DNA of 20,000 nucleotides. Origin: an uncultured virus (IMG/VR IMGVR_UViG_3300032160_000002). Its lineage: Duplodnaviria > Heunggongvirae > Uroviricota > Caudoviricetes. A program made the translations under genes and the position numbers. Of the stretch, positions 1 to 8,400 are shown piece by piece; within the stretch, counting starts at the first letter, position 1, and the number at the start of each line of letters is the position of its first letter. The notes under the pieces are model-generated. The model was not told the DNA's origin, ran no database searches, and worked only from the letters and a program-made list of their open reading frames with translations. The stretch lies in the IMG/VR virus record IMGVR_UViG_3300032160_000002. One strand, written 5' to 3'.

Positions 1-309
1 CGCTACTACGCGCGCCAACAGGCTCTCGAAGGTCTACGCCGCGGAGATTCGCACGCTCTGGAGGAAGGACTGGAGAAAGGCCGCATCCGCTCGGACGAAC
101 TCACCAGCATTCTCCGCCGATCTTCCGGGAGTCCGCTTTATGATCGCGTGCATGGCTTCAGCTACGACGAAACCCTGCGCGTGTACGAGAAGGCTGTCGA
201 AGACAAGGACGAAGCCGCACAGGAAGAGCTATTGCCCCTCTTGCTCGAAAAGCAGAGCAAGCTGATGAGCCAGGGGAGATACGAAGAGGCCGGAGTGCCA
301 GTGCAATGA
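1..309 (+). CDS. 3' end of an upstream phage gene (partial, helical/charged C-terminus, unknown function)
   Basis: Frame 1 is open from base 1 to TGA at 307-309 (RYYARQQALEGLRRGD...EEAGVPVQ*) with GC3-rich codons; the start lies outside the window. Confidence 0.75.
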   Translation, partial: RYYARQQALEGLRRGDSHALEEGLEKGRIRSDELTSILRRSSGSPLYDRVHGFSYDETLRVYEKAVEDKDEAAQEELLPLLLEKQSKLMSQGRYEEAGVPVQ

Positions 310-313
310 GCAG

Positions 314-514
314 TTACCAATCCACATCCCGAATGTGCACTGGATTGAGATGGAAATGCCAGAGGAGCCAGTTCAGCGTGATGCCGACGGCAAGAGCCAG
401 CGCCGCAGCAAGTACGGCCTTAACAATTTTACCCCGTTGCACTCGATGTGGGTAGCGACGTTCCAATTCGTCAAGTAGGTCAGCCATACAGTCGTATAGA
501 TTAACCCTTTTCAA
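314..514 (-). CDS. small hypothetical membrane protein (66 aa, one TM helix)
   Basis: Fills the gap between two + genes without overlapping them. Charged N-terminus followed by a hydrophobic stretch IVKAVLAAALALAVGITLNWLLW. Start codon uncertain. Confidence 0.55.
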   Translation of the reverse strand: MKRVNLYDCMADLLDELERRYPHRVQRGKIVKAVLAAALALAVGITLNWLLWHFHLNPVHIRDVDW

Positions 515-604
515 AGCTTTTGCAACACCCTTCGCTTCCCCTTAGACCGCGCCTGAGTCTTTGGAAGCCAGTTGTAACCGCCCCGAGCCTTGAGGGCGAT
601 CGCA

Positions 605-1210
605 ATGCCCCGAAAAAAGAAAGCAGCCAAAGCCCGTCGTGGCGGAAATCCCGCCAACCTCGAAAAGTCGCGCGCACAGACTAAAGCCCATCTGCAGCGA
701 GGCCGGCAAAAAGAACGCGAACTGTCGATCCCGGAGATTGAGTATTGCGCCTGGCGGGCGCAGGGAGCAGCCCAATGGGATGCGGCGGAGTTTGCCGGTA
801 TCGCCAAAGGGAACCTTTACCGCCTCGAACAGCGCGAGAGCACACAGAAAACTATCGAGGAGTTCAAAGACAAATTCAAATCCGGCGCGATCGACCGCGT
901 GGAGCAGATGCGGCAAGAGTTCACCGCATTCGTCTTCGGGCAATATCGCTTGCGGTTGCGGAAGATGAAGACTCACTACTTCCGCGGCGATGAGTCGATC
1001 CAGCGCATGATTGAAACCGGCTTCAAGGCTGCCGGGCTGATCCAGTCGCAGAAAACGGTTAACCAGCAGGTCAACAACGACAACCGGAATACCACGAATC
1101 AGCTTTACGCCAAACGGCTCTATCTGCCGGATTGGCGAAGGGAAACCATTGAAGGGCTACAGGCAAAAGAATTACAGGCAGCGAAGGAGCCGGCCAAGCC
1201 CGCGCCCTGA
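605..1210 (+). CDS. terS: putative terminase small subunit / HTH DNA-binding protein (201 aa)
   Basis: Immediately upstream of terL. Basic N-terminus, HTH-like segment AQGAAQWDAAEFAGIAKGNLYRLE, helical middle and Asn/Gln-rich linker. ATG 605 preferred over TTG 590. The call rests on position and architecture. Confidence 0.6.
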   Translation: MPRKKKAAKARRGGNPANLEKSRAQTKAHLQRGRQKERELSIPEIEYCAWRAQGAAQWDAAEFAGIAKGNLYRLEQRESTQKTIEEFKDKFKSGAIDRVEQMRQEFTAFVFGQYRLRLRKMKTHYFRGDESIQRMIETGFKAAGLIQSQKTVNQQVNNDNRNTTNQLYAKRLYLPDWRRETIEGLQAKELQAAKEPAKPAP

Positions 1211-1286
1211 GCCTGCCCGCTGGCTGGTTCCGATCGGCCTGACGCTTTTCTTCCTGCTTTGCCTGATCCCCAACGGCCAAACACAA

Positions 1287-3806
1287 ATGATGACGGATGT
1301 TCAAGTCGAGCCGAAATTCCCGACGCAAGGCAGTTTTACGCCCGCCAGCCAAGCGCAGAAGGACTGGCTGAATTCCCGCGCAGAATTATTGCTCGGCGGC
1401 GGAAGTGTCGGCTCGCTAAAGACCTCGACCATGCTCGTCGATGGCTCCGTCGAATACGACAACTCGAACATGCACACCATCATGTTCCGCAAGACGCTGG
1501 CGGAGCATTCTGAGGCGATCCGGATCTCGCGCGACTGGTTTGCTCAAACCGGAGCGTCCTTCTCCGAAAACGTCCCCCTCGACAACGGGACCGGCACGCC
1601 TAGCTTCAACGGTAACTCCCATATGTGGCGCTGGCCTTGGGGATCAACCTTTCAGTTCGCCTACTGCGCGACCGACAACGACGTTTACGCGCACCAGACC
1701 CAGAGCTACTGCGTGGAAGTCGGCACCCCCGTACTGATGGCCGACGGCACGTATAAAGCGATTGAGTCTATTGCTGTTGGTGACGTGGTGGCGACACTCG
1801 AAGGGCCTCGCCCGGTGACTCGGACACATGGGGTAAGGTGGAAGCCCTGCGTGCGCGCCGATATTCTCTCTGCTGCAGGGCAGCGCGTAATTTCCTCGCA
1901 GGTACATCCGGAGAACCATCGGGTTTTACTGGCTTCGGGGTGGGAGTCCTACGCTTCGCTAAAAGATGCTCGAAGCGCCTCCGCAGTGTCATATGACCAC
2001 AACCTAGCACCTTCGCAGCCTCAAGAGTTGTTCGCCCTTGCAGTGCTTGCTTCACCTGTTCTTCGGTCACTGGAACGATCTGCGCCGAGACCCACTGAAT
2101 GCTATTTACATCACAAAGCTTCCGCACGGTATTCCAACACATTCCTAGACGACGCGCTGCATCTTGGAGCGTCATGTGAGGATCGGCCGCTAACGGTATC
2201 ACGGCGGCAATTAAAGAGGGATCATGAATCTTCGCCTTTTGTAAGTGATGGAAGCCTATATGCTCGCTATGGGTGGGAAACAACCGTAGATTTTCGTCGC
2301 GATTGTCGCTGCGAATCTTGTTTATGTGATGAACAGCCTCCATTCCTGACAGGTACCTCCCAAGGCGTTTCTCGACAACAAGTCGGTGCTGTGGAACGAA
2401 TCCATCCCAGTGCGCTGCTGGATGGTTCGACCGGCGTTCTAGGACGTAGCCAGCAGCATCCATGCGCGTATCCCCATCCTTATACGCATGAACCCCGGCC
2501 TTGGTTGGGCGATGCGACCATTGCGCCATTGCGGCTCTCTCCTGTAGGTGACCGTGCAGTTTGCGACATTACGATTGATGGGCCGAATCACTATATAACA
2601 TCCCCTGCATTAGTCAACCAAAATTCCTGCATCCTCTGGGATGAATCAACCCGCACCGCCAGCGAATTCATGGTGCGCTACCTGCTGACCCGACTGCGAT
2701 CCACTGACCCATCGTTGTTCCTGCGATGCCGTTTGGGAACGAACCCCGGTGGCGAATTCGCGGAATGGCAGATGAAGATGTTTCTGGGCGGAGTCTGCCC
2801 GCACTGCGAACCTCCAAAGCTCTTTCCCGGAAAGATTTACCACGACACGAAGTGGCCGAGCGACGAGCGTAGCCTCGAAGGGATGACCACGCAGTTCATC
2901 TTCTCGAAGGTCACCGATCACAACCTGCTAGGCGAGAAGTACGTGCGCAATGTCCGTATGCAGCACGCAGCGACGGCAGAAGCTTTGCTAGCCGGATGCT
3001 GGAGGGCCTTCGAGGGCCAGTACTACACCATCTGGCATAGACCCACGATGGTCGTGCCGCGCCAGACCATCCGGGATAAATGGTATTGGGAATCTTGGGT
3101 CGGGGCGGACTACGGCTTCGCTGGATCAAAGGCCGTGGCCTACCTGTTCGTTCGCGATCCTAAGACACGGCGTATCTACATCATCGACGAGCACGTGGGC
3201 GAGCATGAAGCTGTCCGCGACTTCGCGCGTAGCGTCTACGAGAAGTTCGCCAAGAAGCGCGACGATCAGGAACAACCCAGGAAACTGCGGATCATGTACC
3301 TCTCACCCGACGCCTGGAACGATCGCGGCGATCAACATACGCTGGCCGGCCAGATGAATGACGTGCTGCAGCCGCATGGCCTCGTTTTCGTCAAGGCGAA
3401 GAATGATCGCGCTGGCGGCGCCATGCTAACTTACGAATTGCTGCGTGACGGCACGGTACTGATCGCGGACAACTGCACTCTGCTTCCCCCGGCCATCGAA
3501 AGCGCCGTACACGATCCGAAACAGCCGGAAGCCATCCTCAACGTTCCCAATAATCCGCACTCGGACGCGCGCGACGCATTCCGCTACGGGACTTACTCCC
3601 ATCACCGCGAGGCCCTAGAACCGCTCGATGTGCGCGTCGCCGAACGAGTGCAGGAAGAGTGGAAGCACGATCCGACCTCAGCCATGTTCCACGCGCAGCA
3701 GATTCGCGACGAAGAAAAGGCCAAAGAAGGCCCGAAAGTCTCCTCTTACGGCGGTGGCAACGCGCGGCGCCGCATTCAGCAGTGGGAGCGCTCGCGCAAG
3801 GGATAA
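1287..3806 (+). CDS. terL: phage terminase large subunit, intein-containing (839 aa precursor, ~534 aa spliced)
   Basis: Walker A-like LLGGGSVGSLKT, Walker B ILWDE, coupling motif LGTNPGG, RuvC-like nuclease motifs VGADYGF, LSPDAW and HSDARDAFRYG. The frame is open from TTG 1149; ATG 1287 is the first Met after the terS stop. Confidence 0.93.
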   Translation: MMTDVQVEPKFPTQGSFTPASQAQKDWLNSRAELLLGGGSVGSLKTSTMLVDGSVEYDNSNMHTIMFRKTLAEHSEAIRISRDWFAQTGASFSENVPLDNGTGTPSFNGNSHMWRWPWGSTFQFAYCATDNDVYAHQTQSYCVEVGTPVLMADGTYKAIESIAVGDVVATLEGPRPVTRTHGVRWKPCVRADILSAAGQRVISSQVHPENHRVLLASGWESYASLKDARSASAVSYDHNLAPSQPQELFALAVLASPVLRSLERSAPRPTECYLHHKASARYSNTFLDDALHLGASCEDRPLTVSRRQLKRDHESSPFVSDGSLYARYGWETTVDFRRDCRCESCLCDEQPPFLTGTSQGVSRQQVGAVERIHPSALLDGSTGVLGRSQQHPCAYPHPYTHEPRPWLGDATIAPLRLSPVGDRAVCDITIDGPNHYITSPALVNQNSCILWDESTRTASEFMVRYLLTRLRSTDPSLFLRCRLGTNPGGEFAEWQMKMFLGGVCPHCEPPKLFPGKIYHDTKWPSDERSLEGMTTQFIFSKVTDHNLLGEKYVRNVRMQHAATAEALLAGCWRAFEGQYYTIWHRPTMVVPRQTIRDKWYWESWVGADYGFAGSKAVAYLFVRDPKTRRIYIIDEHVGEHEAVRDFARSVYEKFAKKRDDQEQPRKLRIMYLSPDAWNDRGDQHTLAGQMNDVLQPHGLVFVKAKNDRAGGAMLTYELLRDGTVLIADNCTLLPPAIESAVHDPKQPEAILNVPNNPHSDARDAFRYGTYSHHREALEPLDVRVAERVQEEWKHDPTSAMFHAQQIRDEEKAKEGPKVSSYGGGNARRRIQQWERSRKG
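1768..2529 (-). CDS. HNH (HNH_3-type) homing endonuclease with two HTH motifs, encoded antisense inside the intein (253 aa)
   Basis: Contains YKDG..GYVLERRSNHPAAHWDGFVPQHRLVVEKRLGRYLSGMEAVHHINKIRSDNRDENLRLF..SEHIGFH, a typical phage HNH signature. HTH-like segments TLQDAARRLGMCWNTVRKLC and TTLEAAKVLGCGHMTLRRRF. AGGAG lies 9 nt upstream of ATG 2529. Confidence 0.88.
   Translation of the reverse strand: MAQWSHRPTKAGVHAYKDGDTRMDAAGYVLERRSNHPAAHWDGFVPQHRLVVEKRLGRYLSGMEAVHHINKIRSDNRDENLRLFPTHSEHIGFHHLQKAKIHDPSLIAAVIPLAADPHMTLQDAARRLGMCWNTVRKLCDVNSIQWVSAQIVPVTEEQVKQALQGRTTLEAAKVLGCGHMTLRRRFEHLLAKRRTPTPKPVKPDGSPDVPARKLRAALQQREYRRARRASTLPHVSESPGEALRVSPPRHQQQ
2539..2543 (-). promoter_or_regulatory. 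Shine-Dalgarno site (AGGAG) for the antisense HNH gene
   Basis: The minus strand reads CAGGAGAGAGCCGCA-ATG; the spacer to ATG 2529 is 9 nt. Confidence 0.7.
2590..2617 (-). promoter_or_regulatory. sigma70-type promoter for the antisense HNH gene
   Basis: Minus strand TTGACT (2617-2612), 16-nt spacer, TATAGT (2595-2590). Each hexamer matches TTGACA/TATAAT at 5/6 positions; the -10 box is ~60 nt upstream of the HNH start. Confidence 0.7.
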
Positions 3807-3814
3807 CGAAACCG

Positions 3815-5377
3815 ATGAAAACTTTCTTCAACCTGGTACGGACCCTCGCAGCGGTGTGCGCTCTCTCGCTTGCAGCCTTGGGACAAGGGGTTACAGTCAC
3901 CGCGACGCTCACCGACGGCCAGGGCATTCCGCAGAAAACATCCTATCTCCACTGGCAATTGTGGAACTGCGGCAACAATGTACCGCAGATCATCGGCCAG
4001 CCCTACGCCATGGTCGCGCAGCAGTTCGACATGCGCGCCAATCCGACCACCGGCGTGATCTCGGGCTCGGTATACGGCAACGACCAGATCGAATGCGGAA
4101 ACGTTTTATCGACGCAGTGGATCGTCACCGAGTTCAAATCGAGCGGCCAGGCCGGAGGACAGCCCCAGTACTACTGCCTGACCAACGGTGAGAGCTTCAA
4201 TCCCGCGACGACTCAGGTCTGCCAGGTCGTGCCTCCGCCTCCGGGCTACATCCTGCTATTCGGCAATCCGATCCAGAGCCAGACTCTCGACCAGCCGCTC
4301 GGAACGGAGATGAACTTCCAAGGGACGATGAATTTCTGTTCCGCGACGGTGCTCTGCGCCGGAGGGGAAGGAGCGTATTCGCTCGAAGTCAATGGCGTTG
4401 GTCTCAGTGGCGGCGACACCGTGAACTTTAACAATTCGCTGCCTGCGGCCGGAGCCAATGGGCTCAACGTAATCTTCCAGACTTCGAAGAGCGGATCCAC
4501 CGACAGCGTCAGCGCGGAACTTATCGGAGATGGGAACGCGGGTCACTTCCTGGACGGACAAGGAGTATTTGCCGCCCCACCGGGTAACGGGCTCCCCAGC
4601 AATCCCCAAACCGGCGACACCCTGCGCTGGAACGTCAACGGAGACAACGCCTGGGATGCGGTGAACTACTCGAATACCCGGATTGTCTCGGTGTTCTTCA
4701 CCGCAGGCTCGAACGATTTCGGAGCGTCCGGCGGGAAGACAACTACCCCCAACGCAACCGGCGGCGTGGCCCAGGTTCCTGCGACCTATACCGACGACTT
4801 TGGGGGAAACCTCTTCGTGAACGGCACTCCCTCGACCAACACGCTCGTCGGAGTCGACTACGAAGCGGGCGCCAACTTAGGCGACTTTGGGATTGGATCC
4901 TTCTACAAATGGAGCTTCCGTTTTGCCGCAGGCTATACCACCAGCGTTCGTTACTGGATGGGCATGGGAGTCTATTTCATCGGCGGGACCGGGGCGAACG
5001 GGACTGCGCTTCTCGGCACCACGGCCTACGCGACCGACACTCCCAACAAATCTACCGTCGGATTCCGCTTTTCCGCCGGAACCGATAGCACATGGCAGGC
5101 CTGTGCCGTCACCGCCGGATCCAGCAGCGGAACGCAAACCTGCACCTCCACTGGAGTTACCCCCGACACGAACCCACACCTGTTTGAGATGACCACCACG
5201 GGAACGGTGGTGACCTATTACATCGACCATGTGCAGGTCGCGACCGTGAGCACGAATGTTCCCTCCGGCCTTCTGGGCGGCAACTCCGCGGCCTTGATGT
5301 TTTGGACCGGAGACAACAAGAACACCAGCAACAATATTTCCGGAACGCACTACTACATGACGCTCTCGCCCAAGTAA
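3815..5377 (+). CDS. signal-peptide-bearing beta-rich protein with C-terminal ConA/lectin-like domain (520 aa); putative virion or surface protein
   Basis: ATG 3815 lies 8 nt after the terL stop. MKTFFNLVRTLAAVCALSLAALGQ is Sec signal-like. The C-terminal PHLFEMTTTGTVVTYYIDHVQVATVSTNVP resembles ConA-like beta-sandwich motifs. The ORF-track start at 3659 overlaps terL and is unlikely. Confidence 0.8.
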   Translation: MKTFFNLVRTLAAVCALSLAALGQGVTVTATLTDGQGIPQKTSYLHWQLWNCGNNVPQIIGQPYAMVAQQFDMRANPTTGVISGSVYGNDQIECGNVLSTQWIVTEFKSSGQAGGQPQYYCLTNGESFNPATTQVCQVVPPPPGYILLFGNPIQSQTLDQPLGTEMNFQGTMNFCSATVLCAGGEGAYSLEVNGVGLSGGDTVNFNNSLPAAGANGLNVIFQTSKSGSTDSVSAELIGDGNAGHFLDGQGVFAAPPGNGLPSNPQTGDTLRWNVNGDNAWDAVNYSNTRIVSVFFTAGSNDFGASGGKTTTPNATGGVAQVPATYTDDFGGNLFVNGTPSTNTLVGVDYEAGANLGDFGIGSFYKWSFRFAAGYTTSVRYWMGMGVYFIGGTGANGTALLGTTAYATDTPNKSTVGFRFSAGTDSTWQACAVTAGSSSGTQTCTSTGVTPDTNPHLFEMTTTGTVVTYYIDHVQVATVSTNVPSGLLGGNSAALMFWTGDNKNTSNNISGTHYYMTLSPK

Positions 5378-5437
5378 TTCGCAGTTCGGAAACACACTCT
5401 GAAATTTTCTTCTTTCGTTTTCTCTGGGAGCTTCCTT

Positions 5438-8400
5438 ATGAGCTTTCGCCGTCGCAATCTGCCTGTTCTTCTCTTTTTTCTCTGCGGTTCGCTCGCCTGG
5501 GGCGCGGATCCTTCGGTGCGCCATGGACTACCAAAAGGGTTGGCTTCGCCCTTCCCTGCCCCGGCGACAGGGGTCCAGCTCTCGAATGGCTTGGTTATTG
5601 ATTCGGGCGGCAACCTGATGATCAACGCAGGCCTCGGCGGTGGCGGCGTAAGCCTCAGCAACGGTCTCTCGCTCGACAGCAGTGGCAACTTGCTAGTCCA
5701 TTGCGTGGTCGGTTGCTCTAGCGGCGGCTCGGGCACCGTGCAGGCGGCTCCGCAGTTCACTGTCGGCTGCTATCCCAACACGCCCTCGGCAAGCGTGATC
5801 GGCGGCTGCACCAATATCCTGAGCGACGGCAACGGAAATTTAATCCTCTCTCCAAGTTCCGGGACCAGTTCGTTCACGGCCCCAGACTACGGAGCTTCGC
5901 CAGTGCTGGGAGCCATCAATGATTTGAGTGCTTCCACGTCCACCACCGACAACTCATTTATTCGTCGAATCAGCGCTGGCACAACCAGCTATCAAAATCC
6001 CTTGCTCGTCGACGTCTTTGGCTATCCGCAATTGCAAGTTGCCAGCCTGCAGGGAGCTTCGCACGTCGGCACGATTCTGGTGGGCGGCTCGATCCCCGTC
6101 AATACGTTTACGCCAGGCTCGTTCTACACCGGCCCTCTCACTACTTCGCAGACGAGCACGATGTGGATTTACTCGAAATCGCGCACGTCCGCACTCACCC
6201 TAATTGCCGATGAGACGAGCGCCAGTTTTGGCTCGATCTTCCGCATGCGCACGTCACAGGCAGCAGCGACCACGTTTAAGGGCTTTGAGCTTTGCACGGG
6301 TATGACCACCTCGCCGACTGGCGATGGAAGCTGCTCCAGCGGAAACATTCAGGCGTATCTCGACGGAGCGGGAAATTACTTTGGAGCAAGTTATACAGGA
6401 CTCAGTTCAGCGTTTTTGCTGTCGAGTACATGCCCCGGATCGAATCCCTCGCCGCTGAGTGGCCTGTCCGGTTTAGCCGTATTTTCTGATTGCAATTTTT
6501 ACAGTTCCAACAATGGGGGCACCTTCTATCAAGTTGTCAACCTCGCTCCCGTTTCGGCCAACACGATTTTCGGGAATCTCACCGGATCATCCGCCGCGCC
6601 ATCGTTTGTCGCTACCCAAGGCACCGATAGCAAGGTTATGACGGCGGGAACAGTCTCCGGCACGTCACAGAGTCTTTGCACGGATGCAAATGGCGGAGCA
6701 ACCACGGTAAGCTGTCCACCGGGCGTGGCTCTCCCGGTGAGCGCGGCGAACGGTGGCACCGGACAGACCACAACCGTTTGGGGCGATCCCCGCAACTCGA
6801 CTTCTCCCGCCATGGCCGCTGGGGCCGACTGGTGCGCTGGGGTGAATTCGCTATGGTCTTCTTCGGTCCATAACATCGATGGGTCGAACGTTGGAACGTG
6901 GACGAGCGGCGGACAATTATTCTGCAATTCCAATCCATTCACAAATGCGCCGAGTGGAGCAATTCTTAGACTCCCATGCGCGACCATCGTCATCTCGGTT
7001 AGTTGGGCCACGGGCGGAGCGCCACACGATACCATCCCTTGCATCGGCAACAACGGCAATGGCGCTTCCTATGCAGGAACCGTCATCCAGCTTTGCTCGG
7101 ACTCCACGGGAAGCACCGGATGCGGCCCGAACGCCTACCCAAGTTTTGAACTCACGGCAACGAATGAGTATCCCGTCGGCGAACCCAATGCGCCAGCCCT
7201 CGTTTGCTATTCGAGCGGCGCAACCTGGGGATCGCACTTCTGTAAGACAGGGTCAACGGTCAGCACCGGGACTGCGACGTTCGCAGCATCGACCAGTGTC
7301 ACGGGAAGCTCTGTCACGTGGACATCGGCCATGGTTGGCGGTTTTGTCACAGACTGCGATTCGACTCTGTCCCCAGCGTGCTCCGCCATCGGCCACATCA
7401 TCGCGGTGCCGAACTCTACTACGCTGACTCTGGACGCAAACTGGACGGGGAGCGCGAATTCGGCGCACGCCTACACGATTTTTGAACCAAACGTCTTTGT
7501 CGCGTATTGCGACGGCTGCAAAGCAGGCTCACTGAATAGTACCGTCTTCGCGCACCACCTCGGCCCAGTGCATATCGATCTGGGCGGAATCGCGAACGCT
7601 ACAGCCTATCTCGACCCAGCGATTTGCCAGGAGCGCTGTCTGGTTGATGGCATTGCCGTGACCCACAACGGCGGCAACCAGACCCACGAGGAAACCAATC
7701 AGGCTTATGCGTGCGGAGTTTGGGATCGCAGTTTCCGGACCGGTGGCGGCTCGGCGCACTGGGGCATGTCCTCGCCCTCGCAATGTTCTGTGGGCACCAA
7801 CGGCGGAGGGACGACCAGCAACGGCTGGATGATCGAGATGTACTCGATTCTCACGCAGTTGACCGGCGGCGGCCCGGAGATTTTTTATGCAGGAACCGTA
7901 ACCGGCGCTTCGGGACACCTGATTCAAATTCCGCTGGCCATCGATGGCATGCAGGGCGCAAATACCTTCCACTGCCCGCACATGGAATTCATCAACGGCG
8001 ACGGAGTCTCGATCGGTGTCACCAATGCGGTGAGCGGCATAAAACTCGAAGGCTGCACCATCGCCAACACCTTCAACGGCGATGTGGTCCACTTCCTGAC
8101 GCCAACCAATGGCACCAGCATCTCGAATACCGTGGAGAATCTGACCTCCGGCAGCGGCGCGAAATCTCTGATCGTGGACGACTCCAACACCGGAACGAAC
8201 GTCACGTCGGCAACCTATATCGCCTACTGGCAACAGACGGGATCGCTGGCGATGCTGGCCTCGATCATCGACAGCGGCCTTACGGCGAGCACCAGCCCGA
8301 TTTGCCCGCATGGAACGAATGGAGCGTTTACGATCACGGGATGCAGCGGCGCAGGTGCGGCTTCGACCGTAATTCCGGTCGCGAAAACCTCCAACTACAC

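Larger units (their letters stand above)
1710..2624 (+). mobile_element. intein (305 aa) in TerL, just upstream of Walker B
   Basis: Block A CVEVGTPVLMADGTYKAIESIAVGDVV starts at Cys (TGC 1710). Block B-like PENHRVL, then GWESYASL; block F VCDITIDGPNHYI; terminal LVNQN (AAT 2622-2624) followed by the +1 nucleophile Ser. Removing it gives the contiguous ATPase motif HQTQSY|SCILWDE. Confidence 0.93.

Noticed and set aside
511..993. Overlapping ORFs 511-807, 542-976, 639-968 and 745-993
   Set aside because: They overlap the more credible terS-like gene and have no motifs.
1710..2624. Group I intron or frameshifted/pseudogenised terL as the explanation of the insertion
   Set aside because: The + frame is open throughout, the insert is 915 nt (a multiple of 3) and it is bounded by intein block A and F/G motifs with Cys1, terminal Asn and Ser+1.
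5385..5425. Possible intrinsic terminator (TTCGGA...TCTGAA plus T-rich run) between two large genes
   Set aside because: The stem is short, AT-rich and needs a G-U pair; too weak to call.
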